Shown here piece by piece: positions 41,419 through 53,956 of a stretch of 64,000 bases of DNA. Each line of letters opens with the position of its first letter. The stretch's first letter is position 1. A program made the translations under genes and the position numbers. Origin of the DNA: Kudoa neothunni (lineage: Eukaryota > Animalia > Cnidaria); the NCBI GenBank assembly GCA_964304625.1, contig OZ199839.1:5958311-6022310 (forward strand). The letters run 5' to 3'. The notes beneath the pieces are model-generated. The model did no database searches. It had not been told where the DNA came from and saw only the letters and a list, made by a program, of their open reading frames with translations.

Positions 41419-43092
41419 TTACATTAACGAAATCAAATTTATTTATCTATAAAAATATTTATCTAATCAAGTTACAAATACAATTTAAAATATTTGTTAA
41501 AAATGTGAGTTAACGTTAAATCTATTTAAAATTTTGGAGTTCATTGTGTATTTGATTACACAATAATATTAATAAACGTAAATAAGTTTCTAACCTTATT
41601 ATCAAAAATCCTTACAAATGAAATAATAATAATAAAATTTAATCTTTATTTTTAATATAATTTTGTTAATTTAATACGTAATTCATTATTATTTTAAAAT
41701 AATGTTATAGATAGGAATTATTGTCGAATCCATTACATGATACAACAATTCAATATATTTTATTAAACACCCTTAAAATGGAGCTGTGTAAAAAATCTCA
41801 TAGATATAATTTTTATTTGTTAATCACATCGAAACCAATAAAATGACGAACAAATTACTCTAAGATTATTCTCTAGGGAAATGTAAATATTATGAATAAA
41901 ATTACTTAAAACTGTTGATACAATAATATTTGTATTAAATAGTAACGTTTGAATGAAAACTTATAGATAATAATGTTGCGCGTGCGCACGATAATAAAAT
42001 ACATTGATATTTAATGTTAATTGCATTTAAACCGTCGTCATAATAAGTTTTAAAAATGCTGAATAACCTGGAAATATTTTCAAAAGTATCATAATAATTT
42101 TCCATATTAAACACACTGAACTTTATATTATAATAGTCTAAATTCATAATTATAATATATAAACATATATATATATATAGAATTTAACTATAAATAAAAG
42201 ATTATTACAGAATTTGATACTATTTTGTTATAAATTAGGAAAAATTTCAATGCCAAATATTTAACTATTTAATAAGGATAATTAAAATTCACAAACTAAA
42301 ATGTAAGCAATGAGCATTGTCAGCTGTGTATTATTTAAAGGTTAATTGATGAAACCAATCCCAATGTGTAAATACGCGATTTTCCTTGTTTTTGTTATTT
42401 TTGTTGTTGTTTTCCTCTATAATCACCTAGATATAAATTGCAATACTTATCAGGGAATTGTATGATAAGCTATAAAATTGGAATAAATAAACGAAAAATA
42501 GTTATAAAAACGAATACTAGATGGTATGAAAAACAAATACAACCATTTGTCTACGTATTATTATTAATCAGAGGTCAATAAAAGATTAAATTAACACACC
42601 TTTGCATTTGAAATATATTACGCCATATTTAGAATGTTTACATAAATACCTATAAAAATTACAATGATTTGTTAAGCACATATAAATAATATGTATTATA
42701 AACGAGATAAAAAATATTTGAGTATATCATTTTAAAAAGATATCACCTAGATTGTTTCAAGAGGTGAAAAGCAACTCCGTCTATAATCTTAACAGAATTC
42801 GCTCATTCATTGTTACAAAATTACTCTATAGATAATAGCAATAAGATAAAGTGGATTAAATTGGAGGTAATCAATTATTATTATTATGATATTTAACGCA
42901 TCAAAAGTATTTATATATAAATAAAACTTATCGATTTTATTTTGATCATCTTATTGAACAAATGCATCCAAGTATTCTAATAGTTTAAATCCTTACTTAT
43001 TGCACGAAAAAAACAAAACAATTTTTCAATTTAGCATAATTTTGTTAGTATAAGTACCCTTTTAAGAGGATTTTGTTGCTATATTTTACAAA

Positions 43093-44605
43093 ATGATAAT
43101 CTGGTTTGTGATCGCTTATTTTATATCGGCCAGCATTTGTGAAATCCTTAGGTACAGCATTGGAAACATTAGAGTTGATCCACGCTTTCATTTATTTAGG
43201 ATACCATTGGAGAAAAAAGCCCCATCTAATGTGTATCGTTTGGAAAGAAAGATAACGAACTTTTTCACTCGAAAAGTAGGCGAAGATTTGAACAACTTTA
43301 TGAACGTATGCAAGTCAACAGCAACTATAACAACATATCAACTAGTTTATCCGATTTAGACTCAGTATTATGGTGAACTCGGTATTGGTACACCCACACA
43401 AAAATTTCAGTTCATGTTCGATACTGGATCTTCTGATACGTGGGTGTTGTCCAGCAGTTGTGGCTTTCCCAACCTTCCATGTGTGCTTCACCAAAACAAA
43501 TACAACCACGAAAAATCATCCACCTACCGCCCGGAGAACGATCGATTTGTTATACCTTACGCTCAGGGAACTGTTGCTGGTTTTGTGTCAAATGATAAAT
43601 TTACGGTAATCTCTAAAATTATTACACTCTTCATAAATTTTAAATCATTCTTAGTAGTCCTTTAATAATTGTTGTTATTATTATATACTAAATACATAAA
43701 AAATATATATATACATACGTATATAGATGGGAAACCTAACGATTAAATCTCACCCTTTTGGTGAAATCGATCAAATACCAATGAAATTCATTGGAATGAG
43801 ATTTGAAGGTATTGTGGGGTTGGGGTTTAAATCACTAGGTGTAATTCATCACGATCCATTTTTCTACGACCTGCTCTCAGATTACCCATCGATGAAACCG
43901 ATTTTCTCAGTCTACTTGGGAAAGTTATTTACCACCTGAAAATTTTATTAGAGATTTCCTATAGGAAGGAGGGAAATTTTGATTCAGGTGGTAAAGGCGA
44001 GCTTATTTTTGGTGGCGTTGATAGTCGCTATTTCAAAAAGCCTCTAATAACGGTTCCAGTGGTGAGCGACAAATATTGGGCTATCAAGGTTGATGAGTAA
44101 CTAGATGAAAATTGTTATTCCTAAATTACGAAATAACAATTTCTAGGATTAATGTGGAGAACTCAAAATTTTGTAGTGGTGGGTGTATGGCAGTTATAGA
44201 CACTGGCACATCGTTGCTTCTTGGTCCAGTGGATGAAACCGAAAAAATCAATCTCGAATTGGGAGCTAAACCTTCGGCCGAAAATATATATATCTTCGAG
44301 TGTGAGAACACCAATCAGCTTCAACCAATCGATATTATTATCAATGGGAAAAAGTTTTATTTGACCAAAGATGAATATGTGTTTGAGGTATTTGTGTAAA
44401 TTTGGGTTTAGAATTTAAGGTTGTTTAGATAGAGGGTCTATGTTTCAGTGCAATTATGGGTATAGATTTAAAAGGAAGATCGACGATGCCTATTTGGATT
44501 TTTGGGGACGTTTTTATTCGAAAATACTACTCAGTTTTCGATCTCGGGAATCGAACCATTTCGTTTGCTCAAGTTGCCACTCCAGTACACGTTACGCAAC
44601 CATAA
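43093..44605 (+). CDS. pepsin-family (A1) aspartic protease, cathepsin D/E-like, 385 aa
   Basis: Exons 43093-43151, 43200-43305, 43360-43605, 43727-43923, 43965-44096, 44147-44387, 44429-44605. Signal peptide, QYYGELGIGTP, FDTGSSDTWV, GIVGLGF, AVIDTGTSLL, WIFGDVFIRKYYSVFD. Confidence 0.95.
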
Positions 44606-47081
44606 CAAAACTCTAACCCTTTTCTCTCCCAACTACTATATTCACTTCTTGAATCATTACATTTTCTCAATTTCTATTACGATATTTATCGTTCAGACGT
44701 CAATGGGGTCGCCCTAATCCTAGATTATTTTTATGTGATTTAAATATACTAATGGAATTTAAATTGCCTTCAAACCCTTTTTATTTACCTGTGGTAAAGT
44801 TATATATGTGTAATACATTTAACTTAAGTATTTAATTTTTAATTTGTGGTATATTTAAAATTGTTACATGTTAATCTTTTAATGAAAAAAATCGTTAATC
44901 CTTTTTTGCAAACATTCTTATTTGCCGTCTAAAGATAATATATTAACTAAAATTGCTTACTTAGAAAAATTATAAAAAGTAAAATTCTCGGCAAAATTTG
45001 GTCAGTCATTATCAAATAAAAACGAAAAAATGAAAATTAAATAAAAAACCTATAGTTGTGTATCGAAAGAATGAAGAAATTTTGGGATTATCTTAAAATA
45101 CACTGAAAATTTATTTTGTGTATGATTGGTATCTAAAATAAATTAATACATTCACCTTGTCTGCAGCGATCAATTATTTGTGCATGCGCACCAATTAGGT
45201 TGTCATTTTCGCATTTTCAAAACTATTCCATGCTTCAAAATATTTAAACCTTTCAAATAAACGCACAACAGATGGATTTTTAGTTTATATATTTTTTTGG
45301 ATTATGTGGATACGTTGTATAATTATAAATAATGACAATAATGATGTATTTAATAATATTCAACTATAATCTCTGTATAACTTTTTTGAATTAATTACCA
45401 ACTTTTCAAATATATATATTTAAATAATTATAAACTTTGACAAATCGTATTTTAATAAGAATCTTTTAACAGAGTGTTTCAGGACACATACTAAGAACAT
45501 ATTACATATTGTGGAATGCTGCTATTTGATTTTTGAATGCAGATTCCCAAGTTATAATATATTTAGACTATTTTTAATTTGATCTTAAATAAATAAAAAT
45601 CATTATAACTTTTTGAAACTGTTTTGGAGAAAATATTCAAAATAGAGCGCCATTGAAATTCAATTGTTAAAGCAACAAAACATCGTTAAAATATGACAAT
45701 AATAATAAGGCAAGCTGGTGTGCTCTAATAAAGACGGCTAATATTATACAGAGAGGTTTCATAGAGAGCGATATCTCAGACTGGCCGAAAATACCTCGTC
45801 GGTACATAATGGATTATTTTAGAAACCCACGCACAATCTTTCAGTCCCAACAGCATTTTTTTCTTCATATATTTAAATGAACATTAGACAAGATAGGGAT
45901 AACTATAGTGAAATTTAATATTTATGTTTAAAGTTTTAATTAATTAATATGCAATAAAGATGTAGTGCAAGTAAAGGAACGTATCCAAAAGAATGCTCAT
46001 GAAAAAGGGGAAATTTTGTCTATCGACCTTGTTCGAAAAAATAGTTTTGAAATGAGCTAATTTTCTAAAAATCTATAACTAACTAAGTTCTTTCTTAATA
46101 ACATAATTATTAATATGAATTAATTTAAAGTATTTCCCAATATAGATGTTGTTGTTAAGAAAATTGACAGGTTTAAGATTACAAAAAATTCATATCAGTT
46201 AATATGAATTTTTTAGCTATAGTTTGAGTTAATTCGATTCTCCGTCTATTTTGAAATAAGTATCAAAATTTCATTATAATGATTCTAAATGGACCTATTA
46301 TAATTTTATAATAATCGGAGGCTTAATGTCAACATAGATTATTTTGAGCCTACTAATAAAAATAATCCAAATGAGTAAATGATGTTAATACCTTGTTGTG
46401 ATTGGTAGCCACTAACTACAAATAATAGTAATTATCAGTTATTTTGTTGATTAGATATGAAATTATAGCAAATATTAAGTAACAATTGGGGATGTATTCC
46501 AAAAGTCGCACGCAAGATAAATAAATTTAACATAGTAATTTTTATAAAAAATAAATTAGATTTAAGAAAAATATTTAATAGTTAAAGTGATTTTTAAAAA
46601 TTATCACTAATTTTTTGTATACATAAATATCTTTAAAGATTTTTCGGTTGGACTATTGAGCTAGTACTAACTATTTAAATAACAAATGTGTCATAAACAT
46701 ATTATTATTTAAATATGTAATTATAGGATAAATTAAACAAAATTCTTTTTCCTACAAAAACATATTTAGCCAAAATTTCAAACAAGCTTAATCTCTTATT
46801 GTGAAACTTAAATGATAAAAAATATTGATAATAACTTAAATTATAGATCATCAAGTAATCATTCTGCAATCAAAACATCTAAATGATTATATCCATATAT
46901 GAATAGAACACTCTAAAATTGCTTTGGGTTAAACAGTGAACAAATGGTTAACGATATTCAAATAGTCAAATAATCAAACCCAGAACATAAGGAATAATAA
47001 AAACAAAAAAGCGACTAGATGTAACATAATTAAATTAATACAAATAGCGTATTCAACAAATTTTCCTTTTCATTTCACAAA

Positions 47082-49332
47082 ATGCAATTCTGGTTCGTGA
47101 TCGCAAGTTTTTTATTAGCTAACTATTGTGAAATCCTTAGGTATATCATTATAAAATTAATTATAAAGTTAACGTCTTCACAAAAATAGGATTCAGTTGA
47201 AGAAAAAACCATTACATACTACCAATCGTTGGGAAGGTAAAGACAAGAACTATTTATATCGAGACGTGAACGAAAAGCTATCCAATTATAAGGATGTAAA
47301 ATAGTCAATACACATTATAATTGAATTATAACGAAATTATCCTCTTTAGGCTCAGTATTACGGTGAAATGGGTGTAGGTACACCCCCACAAATATTCAAA
47401 TTCGCCTTCGATACTGGTTCTGCTGATACATACGTGTGGTCCGATATTTTTCGACAACCTTTAAAAGTCGGTTGGAGACATCCGATAAGATTCAAGTGTC
47501 GTAAATCGACTACCTGTCGCTCAACAAACGCTCGATATACTCTTCATTACGGAGGTGGGGAGTGCTTCGGGATTATTGACATATGATAAGATCACAGTAA
47601 TTAACCATTAAAATACAAATTGGTTAATTTTATAGAGTGATTTTGATTAGTTTATTATAAAGTAATCGGTTACGATTTTATGATATATTTTGAAGTGTTT
47701 GAAAAGTGTGTAAAATTGGTCACGTACGACTTTACGGATTTATTGGCGTGCGGTTATTGTAATACATAACCATTTGAAATTATTGAATTTTATCAACTGA
47801 GGCAAAATATAAATAATTGTATTTAAATTAATTGGTTAATTTAAATACGAGAAAAAATTTTTTAAAATAAATTTTGATCCAATGAAGGAAGCATAATCGA
47901 TCGATATTTATTTCAAAATATTATAAATTTTAAGTCCCTTTAATAAATTATAGATTTATCGAAATTTAATTCTTTTTCAAACATTTTAACAATTTAACTT
48001 CATTTTTTGAGATATCATTAGTATGGAAATAAAAAATTAATCAAGTTCATTTTAATGAATAGATTTAGTACTAATTTTGGGAATTACTGTATAAAAAATT
48101 AATTATGTTAGAATATAATTCAATCAATCTTTAATTTTATTAGTTTTATCAACCAATGAATAAAATTAATTTTATTTTTCAAGAATGTACAGAGTATAGA
48201 ATAAAACTGGCGGTCACGTGGTTGGTATAATAGAAATTTCCCATTTTAATATATTATTTAAGTCTAAATTATTTAATAAATATGTAAAAGAGTGTTTGTA
48301 TACATTTTTTATATCCAACTATAATAGTCCTATTATTTTGAAAAAATTGCATAAAACTGTTCACTGATTTTTAACTTTTGGTTATTGATTACTGACTGTA
48401 ATCTATTCGATTATATTTAACGAAATATACAAAACTAACATATTTTGATGCATATAGATAAATAACCTAACAGTTTCCTCTCAAGCATTCCTTGCAATCG
48501 ATGAAATACCATTTGAGTTCATGAGAGACCAATTTCAAGGACTGGTGGGATTGGGTTTTCTATCATTGAGTACGATTCGTCAATATCCATTTTTCTATAA
48601 TCTACTTAATCAGTACCACGAAGTTATGCCAATTTTTTCAATCTTCTTGGGAAAGTTATTTATCTTTAAAGAAAGATCTTACAATTGATTGGATGTAGGA
48701 AAAAAAATGAATATGATGCTAATGGTAAGGGGGAGATTATCTTTGGTGGAGTTGATACGAAATACTTCAATGAACCTTTATTTACAGTTCCAGTAGTGGA
48801 CAACAACTATTGGGCGATCCATATTGATGGGTAGCTATATAAAAAATCTTATTTTAACATCAAAAATGATGAATCTATAGGATTTTCGTTGGAACGCGAC
48901 CTATTTGTGTCAGACGATGTTTAGCACTTATTGACAGCGGCACATCGTTGTTTCTTGGTCCACCACAACAAGTAAAAGATATCAACCGCGTGTTGGGGAC
49001 CAACGCTATTATTGATGATCTGTTTGCATTTGATTGTAACAAGGTCAACCAGCTTCCACCGATAAGGATAAAGATCCGAGGACGCAATTTTTTTTTAACA
49101 AAGGATGATTACGTTTTACCATTATCAGTAACATTATAGGGAGACCGGTTTATATAATTTACGTGGAATTTAGTTCAATGGCTACTGCATGAGTGGAATT
49201 GGAGTTAGTGATTCACCGATAAAACCTAATTGGTCGAGTTGGATTTTTGGAGACGTTTTCATTCGAAAATACTATTCAGTTTTCGATCTACAAAAACGAA
49301 CCATTTCCTTCGCCCCAGCAATCTCTCCATGA
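47082..49332 (+). pseudogene. tandem paralogous A1 aspartic protease with a +1 frameshift at the end of exon 3
   Basis: Exons 47082-47140, 47190-47295, 47350-47596, 48458-48654, 48699-48830, 48881-49127, 49174-49332; same intron positions as the first gene. FDTGSAD and IDSGTS motifs are intact. Exon 3 is 247 versus 246 nt, giving TGA at 47584-47586. Confidence 0.75.
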
Positions 49333-50047
49333 TCCTTTACACTTCTAAAAAAATATATCTTTTCTCCTTTTACGTTTACTATTATTTTCAGTGCGTTGAT
49401 GCATTTTCTTATAAATGTTCACTGAAATAATGATATTCACAATGATACACATATTGTTGATCAAAATGACCCAAACTTATTTTAAACGATGTTTTCCTTA
49501 ATTTACGTTTCGTTAAAAAATAATATTTATCTTTAAAAACGAATGAACATTACTGAGCGCTTAAAATTTCCTCTTTAGCCCTCCTGAAAATCGATTTTCT
49601 CCTGGTTGTTTGTAGTAATCTCTAAATCATACCACATAAATAGGACTAATCTTGTTAAACATTAATAAATGCATTTCATATTAATGCATGGTTACAAAAC
49701 CTAATATTACCTTCATTGTTTGAACTATTTCAATTACTAAATTACTTCTCAGCAATTTTAAAGTAAAATAAAACACTATGATACATATAAAATTAACTTT
49801 TTATAACTTTAACGAAATGACCTCTATGTTGGCATAAATCCTGAAATCATACCTCTCATATCACTAGAACATGTTTTTAGTGATTTTGCAGGATGCAAAC
49901 CTTTTATAATTTTTTACGTATTTTTCTACATTAAAATAAAATTTTATCTTTCCATATGTGTGCTCAAATGGAGCGATTTGTCTCTCTATAATGTATGAAA
50001 AATGCGTACACACTGACACACGGATTACCGGTTTACTTTATATAGTA

Positions 50048-50748
50048 CAGTGGTGGGCAAAGTAAGGCCCGCGGACGGGTTTATGGGGCTGAAAAATTGC
50101 GCGAGTATGTACATGTTTTCAGAATCTAGAAACGCCAAGACAGCATTTATCTTCCATAAACAAATAAATAAACAACCTTTTGATGAATATTATGGATTTG
50201 TAAACTTTAATTTTACGCGATTTTATTATCTGATTTGATGTTTTACCTATGCTTGCATCGTACCTATGATTATCATATGTAAATGTGAATGAGGTAAGAT
50301 CTAATATGTCCTTAAAACAAAATCACGTCATAAACTTCAGAAAAAATGGTGCACGAGATTCAATTAACAACAAAAAGAATCTAAAAATAACTAAATAGCA
50401 GAAAAACATATGAGGATGCGATACTCATACATAAATTAGGTTTGACGCAATAAGAACCATATCCATATTTTCCATTACTTTCGCCGAGTTTTAAAAAAAT
50501 CTAATTTATTAACATATTTGAAAAGCGATAAAATCTATTATGCCGATCACCAAATTTCTATTTTTTAAAAACTATTTAGTTTCTTTTTAAATTAATTTAC
50601 ACACTAACTTTTTATTGTATCGAAAATGTTAAAAAAACCACCAATAGGTATTTAAGTTCTCCGAAAACACTTAATCAACAATGCGACCCTCCAAGCTTTT
50701 GTAGTGAACCAATGTGACCCCTAGAACCGAAAGTTGTGCCCACCACTG
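50048..50748. mobile_element. 701-bp hAT (Charlie-like) non-autonomous element
   Basis: Perfect 12-bp TIR CAGTGGTGGGCA / TGCCCACCACTG; perfect 8-bp TSD ATATAGTA (50040-50047 and 50749-50756); subterminal GGCCCGCGG and GYGACCC motifs. Confidence 0.93.
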
Positions 50749-50932
50749 ATATAGTAGATAATTGCACGTTAATAATTAATCTCATATTAACCATTTCATC
50801 GTTAAATAAATATTATCGAGTTAATTACTGAAATATCTTTGATTCGTATTCACTTGCATCCGAAAAGTTTTGATCATATTATGGTATTCATGTATTCGGC
50901 TCAAACCATTGATTACTGCAATACTACTAATC

Positions 50933-53900
50933 ATGTTAAAGATTCGATTGCTGCGTTACTTTCTTAGTATATACTTACTTTATTGTAATTAATTTAATTT
51001 ATATTAGTTTTTCTTAAATTACTTTATGTAAGAGCAAATCAAGCACCTCAGGCTGCATCTGCGCCGGAGGCTACATTAACTTACCAAATTGTTTATGATA
51101 ACACTAGTAACAAAAATCAATTTAAACGTACACTTGGTGGCACAGAATATGCAGCTGATAAAATATGCCGTATTATGATATCTAATGAAGCGACGACTCT
51201 CGCAATTCCAGCAACTGCGGCTGCTTTTGTTGAAATCGCTAATTGTCCTGGGCATGAAACTGGCGAAACTGCTGAATGTATAATCGAATGTACCAAGCAA
51301 GATAGCGATGTTCCTTTTAACAGTCTTTCACCAAGAATAAAATACATATACGTGAAAGCTGATGCAAATAAAGTTAATGTTAAAGGGGACGAACATAAAA
51401 AAGGAGGAAAAGTGTTTGGGTTATCAACACGTAATTAAATAATATTTCTAATTATTTATTTATTTAAAATTTTAGCATTAATAGTAAATCCTCAAGTAAA
51501 AATATCTCATAGTACTGATAATAAGAAACTAAAACTCTTGACCAAGACTTGTACTCCAGTTGATTGCCCTATCTTTTACAAAGATGCCAAGTTTAATAGT
51601 GGTACAAAAGGAGCAACATGCGATACGGATAACACAGTTGACAATTTGGAGTTCGACCTACTAATTCCTCATTATGAGATGAGATGTACGAATTATCCCA
51701 GTTTCTTCTATCATATGCCAAATACATATATGAAGAAAAACATGGCTATTTACGAACCTCAATATTATATTTCAAAACAGACAGATACTAAAAAGTTGCT
51801 AATTAAATTCACAGGTTCAATGCTATCGTCAGAAATATGCGTCTTCAATATTAAGGATGGAAAAAATGCAGGAAATAGTCAGTTATTTGAATCTAAATGT
51901 GGTAATACCGATGGAAAGTGTTACGCACTGTGTAAGGACATTGAACTTACCGTAACTGAACCAAAAGAAATATACAAAGTTTTAATTCAAACCAGAAATC
52001 ACGACCTCACAAAAACTGATACCGCTAATATAGACGGATTTACTCAGAACAAATTTGGTATCTATATTGTAAATAATAAAATATAATAATTCATTTGTAT
52101 AGCAATTGCAGAGACTGGAGTTGGATTGTTGTCTGCATATACATATCAAGGTGTATCATTAGATGTGGCACTTTTTAAACCTACAGAAGAAGTTACCAAG
52201 TTTACTACTTGTACAATCAAACATTATGCTGCTGACAAAATAACACCAAATGAATCTACTCCTTCAACTTGCAGTAGTGGAACCAGAGGTTCAGATGTCA
52301 GCTGTACAATGGCAGTGATTGAAAATCTTGCTGAGGGAAAACCTTATATTATAGAAATTGTATCTGGTTTAAGCGATCCGCCCCAATTTAAAGAAAAAAT
52401 ACTTATAAGGACAGGTAAATAATTAATAACAAAAAATGATTAAAGCTATAAATTTTAAAAAGAAAAAAAAGATAACGATAAAGTCTTTATAACAACAGCC
52501 CCAACTAAAACAGAGTCAACAACTACGTTAACAGCCATTGCAGGAACAGAAGGGCAAGATAAGAAAGATGAGCCAAACTGTGAGTATTACATAAGTCCAG
52601 CAGGAAAAAATACATTTTATGTTGCTACGTGCACCGAGACGAACCCTTGTAGAGGAAGGTGTAGCGAGTCAATAACCATCATTGATCTCGAACCAAACAC
52701 TCGCTATGATATTAAAGTCGTTGCTGACAAAGAATATAAAGAGCATGTTTATGAAACTGTCACAACAAGTATATTTTTCAAATGATTTCTATATAATTTA
52801 TGAAAAGATTTGGCAAGATTGAAAATTTCACAAAAATATACTGAGAGAGGTTTGGAGTTGAATGTTCAGTTATCGAAAAAAACTCCAGAAGCCATTTGTT
52901 ATTATACAATCCAAATAAAGAATAATGACAAGTTCGATAACGTTTATACGTGTGAGGCACCTGAGATACCATCAACTGCTCCGGAAACTCCTCAGACTCA
53001 ACCAAACACACCTGCTAAGACCGAACCTAGCCCTAGTCAAGATGAAGTTACCACCAATCAACAATCTAATCTTAAATCAACATTTATTAGGTCGAATATT
53101 GCAAGAACTGGCGATATTCAAACAAATATAGTTGAAACAACTGCATCTAGTACTACTACTACTACTACTACAACGACGACAACAATAACTACTACTACAG
53201 CAGCTCCTCAAAGTTCAAACACATGTGCATCGCCTCCATTATGTAGTTCGATTTTATTCGATGATTATGATGCAAAAGAAGAATATAAAGTGTTGGTCAC
53301 TGCCGTTGAAAAATCTTCACCCGAAGAAATCACTATATTACCCAGTAATTAAGATATATTATAATATAAATATTAACATAAATAAATAGCGGCTCCAAGA
53401 GGAAACCCAACAGACAGGGAAAAAATAATATTTGTAACTATAACAAGAGATGGTGAGGTATTCAATATTGAAAATACACTTCCCTCTAGTCTCAATGACA
53501 AATCAAGATGCAAGTGGAAACTACTTAATTCAAGTGCCAAATCGATGCCAATAGTAAAAAAATGCATGAAGTCAAGAGATACTGGATGCAAAACACTTCC
53601 GTATTGCAAGTCGTTTACAATTAACAGGATAGCAGATGGTAACAGTTATCATTTGATTGTTTACGGCTCTAAGGATTCTTCAATTTATGGCGAGGCTGTT
53701 ATTGAACAAGGTAAATATGATTTACATAATAAGATTTTTAAATATTATTATTATTAGGTGCAAAAAGTAGCTCAAGGTTTGTTTAATTGTTAAAAAATTA
53801 ATTAATCTATTATTTAGTTCTAAAACCTTTATCATGTATGGATAGAAAAATTATTTACGTTTGAAATAAAAATATTTTAGAATAATAGTGGTTGCGATTA

Positions 53901-53956
53901 TTGGAATTATGATCGCAGGTGCAATTGGATTTGTGGTTTTCAAAAAGAAAAATTAG
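50933..53956 (+). CDS. type I single-pass membrane protein (about 875 aa) with divergent FN3-like modules and a Thr/Pro-rich insert
   Basis: Exons 50933-50966, 51008-51430, 51476-52057, 52103-52414, 52463-52768 (alternative in-frame acceptor at 52471), 52808-53344, 53390-53710, 53758-53776, 53818-53835, 53881-53956; total 2628 nt, open frame. Signal-like MLKIRLLRYFLIFLKLLYVRA. FN3 tyrosine-corner motifs IENLAEGKPYIIEIVS and IIDLEPNTRYDIKVVA. TM segment FIIIIVVAIIGIMIAGAIGFVVF, then KKKN*. Confidence 0.82.
53151..53198 (+). repeat. coding (ACT/ACA/ACG)n poly-threonine tract
   Basis: Encodes TTTTTTTTTTTITTTT in exon 6 of the membrane protein. Confidence 0.85.

Noticed and set aside
50050-50238. 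62-aa ORF
   Set aside because: Begins inside the hAT TIR; no transposase motif.
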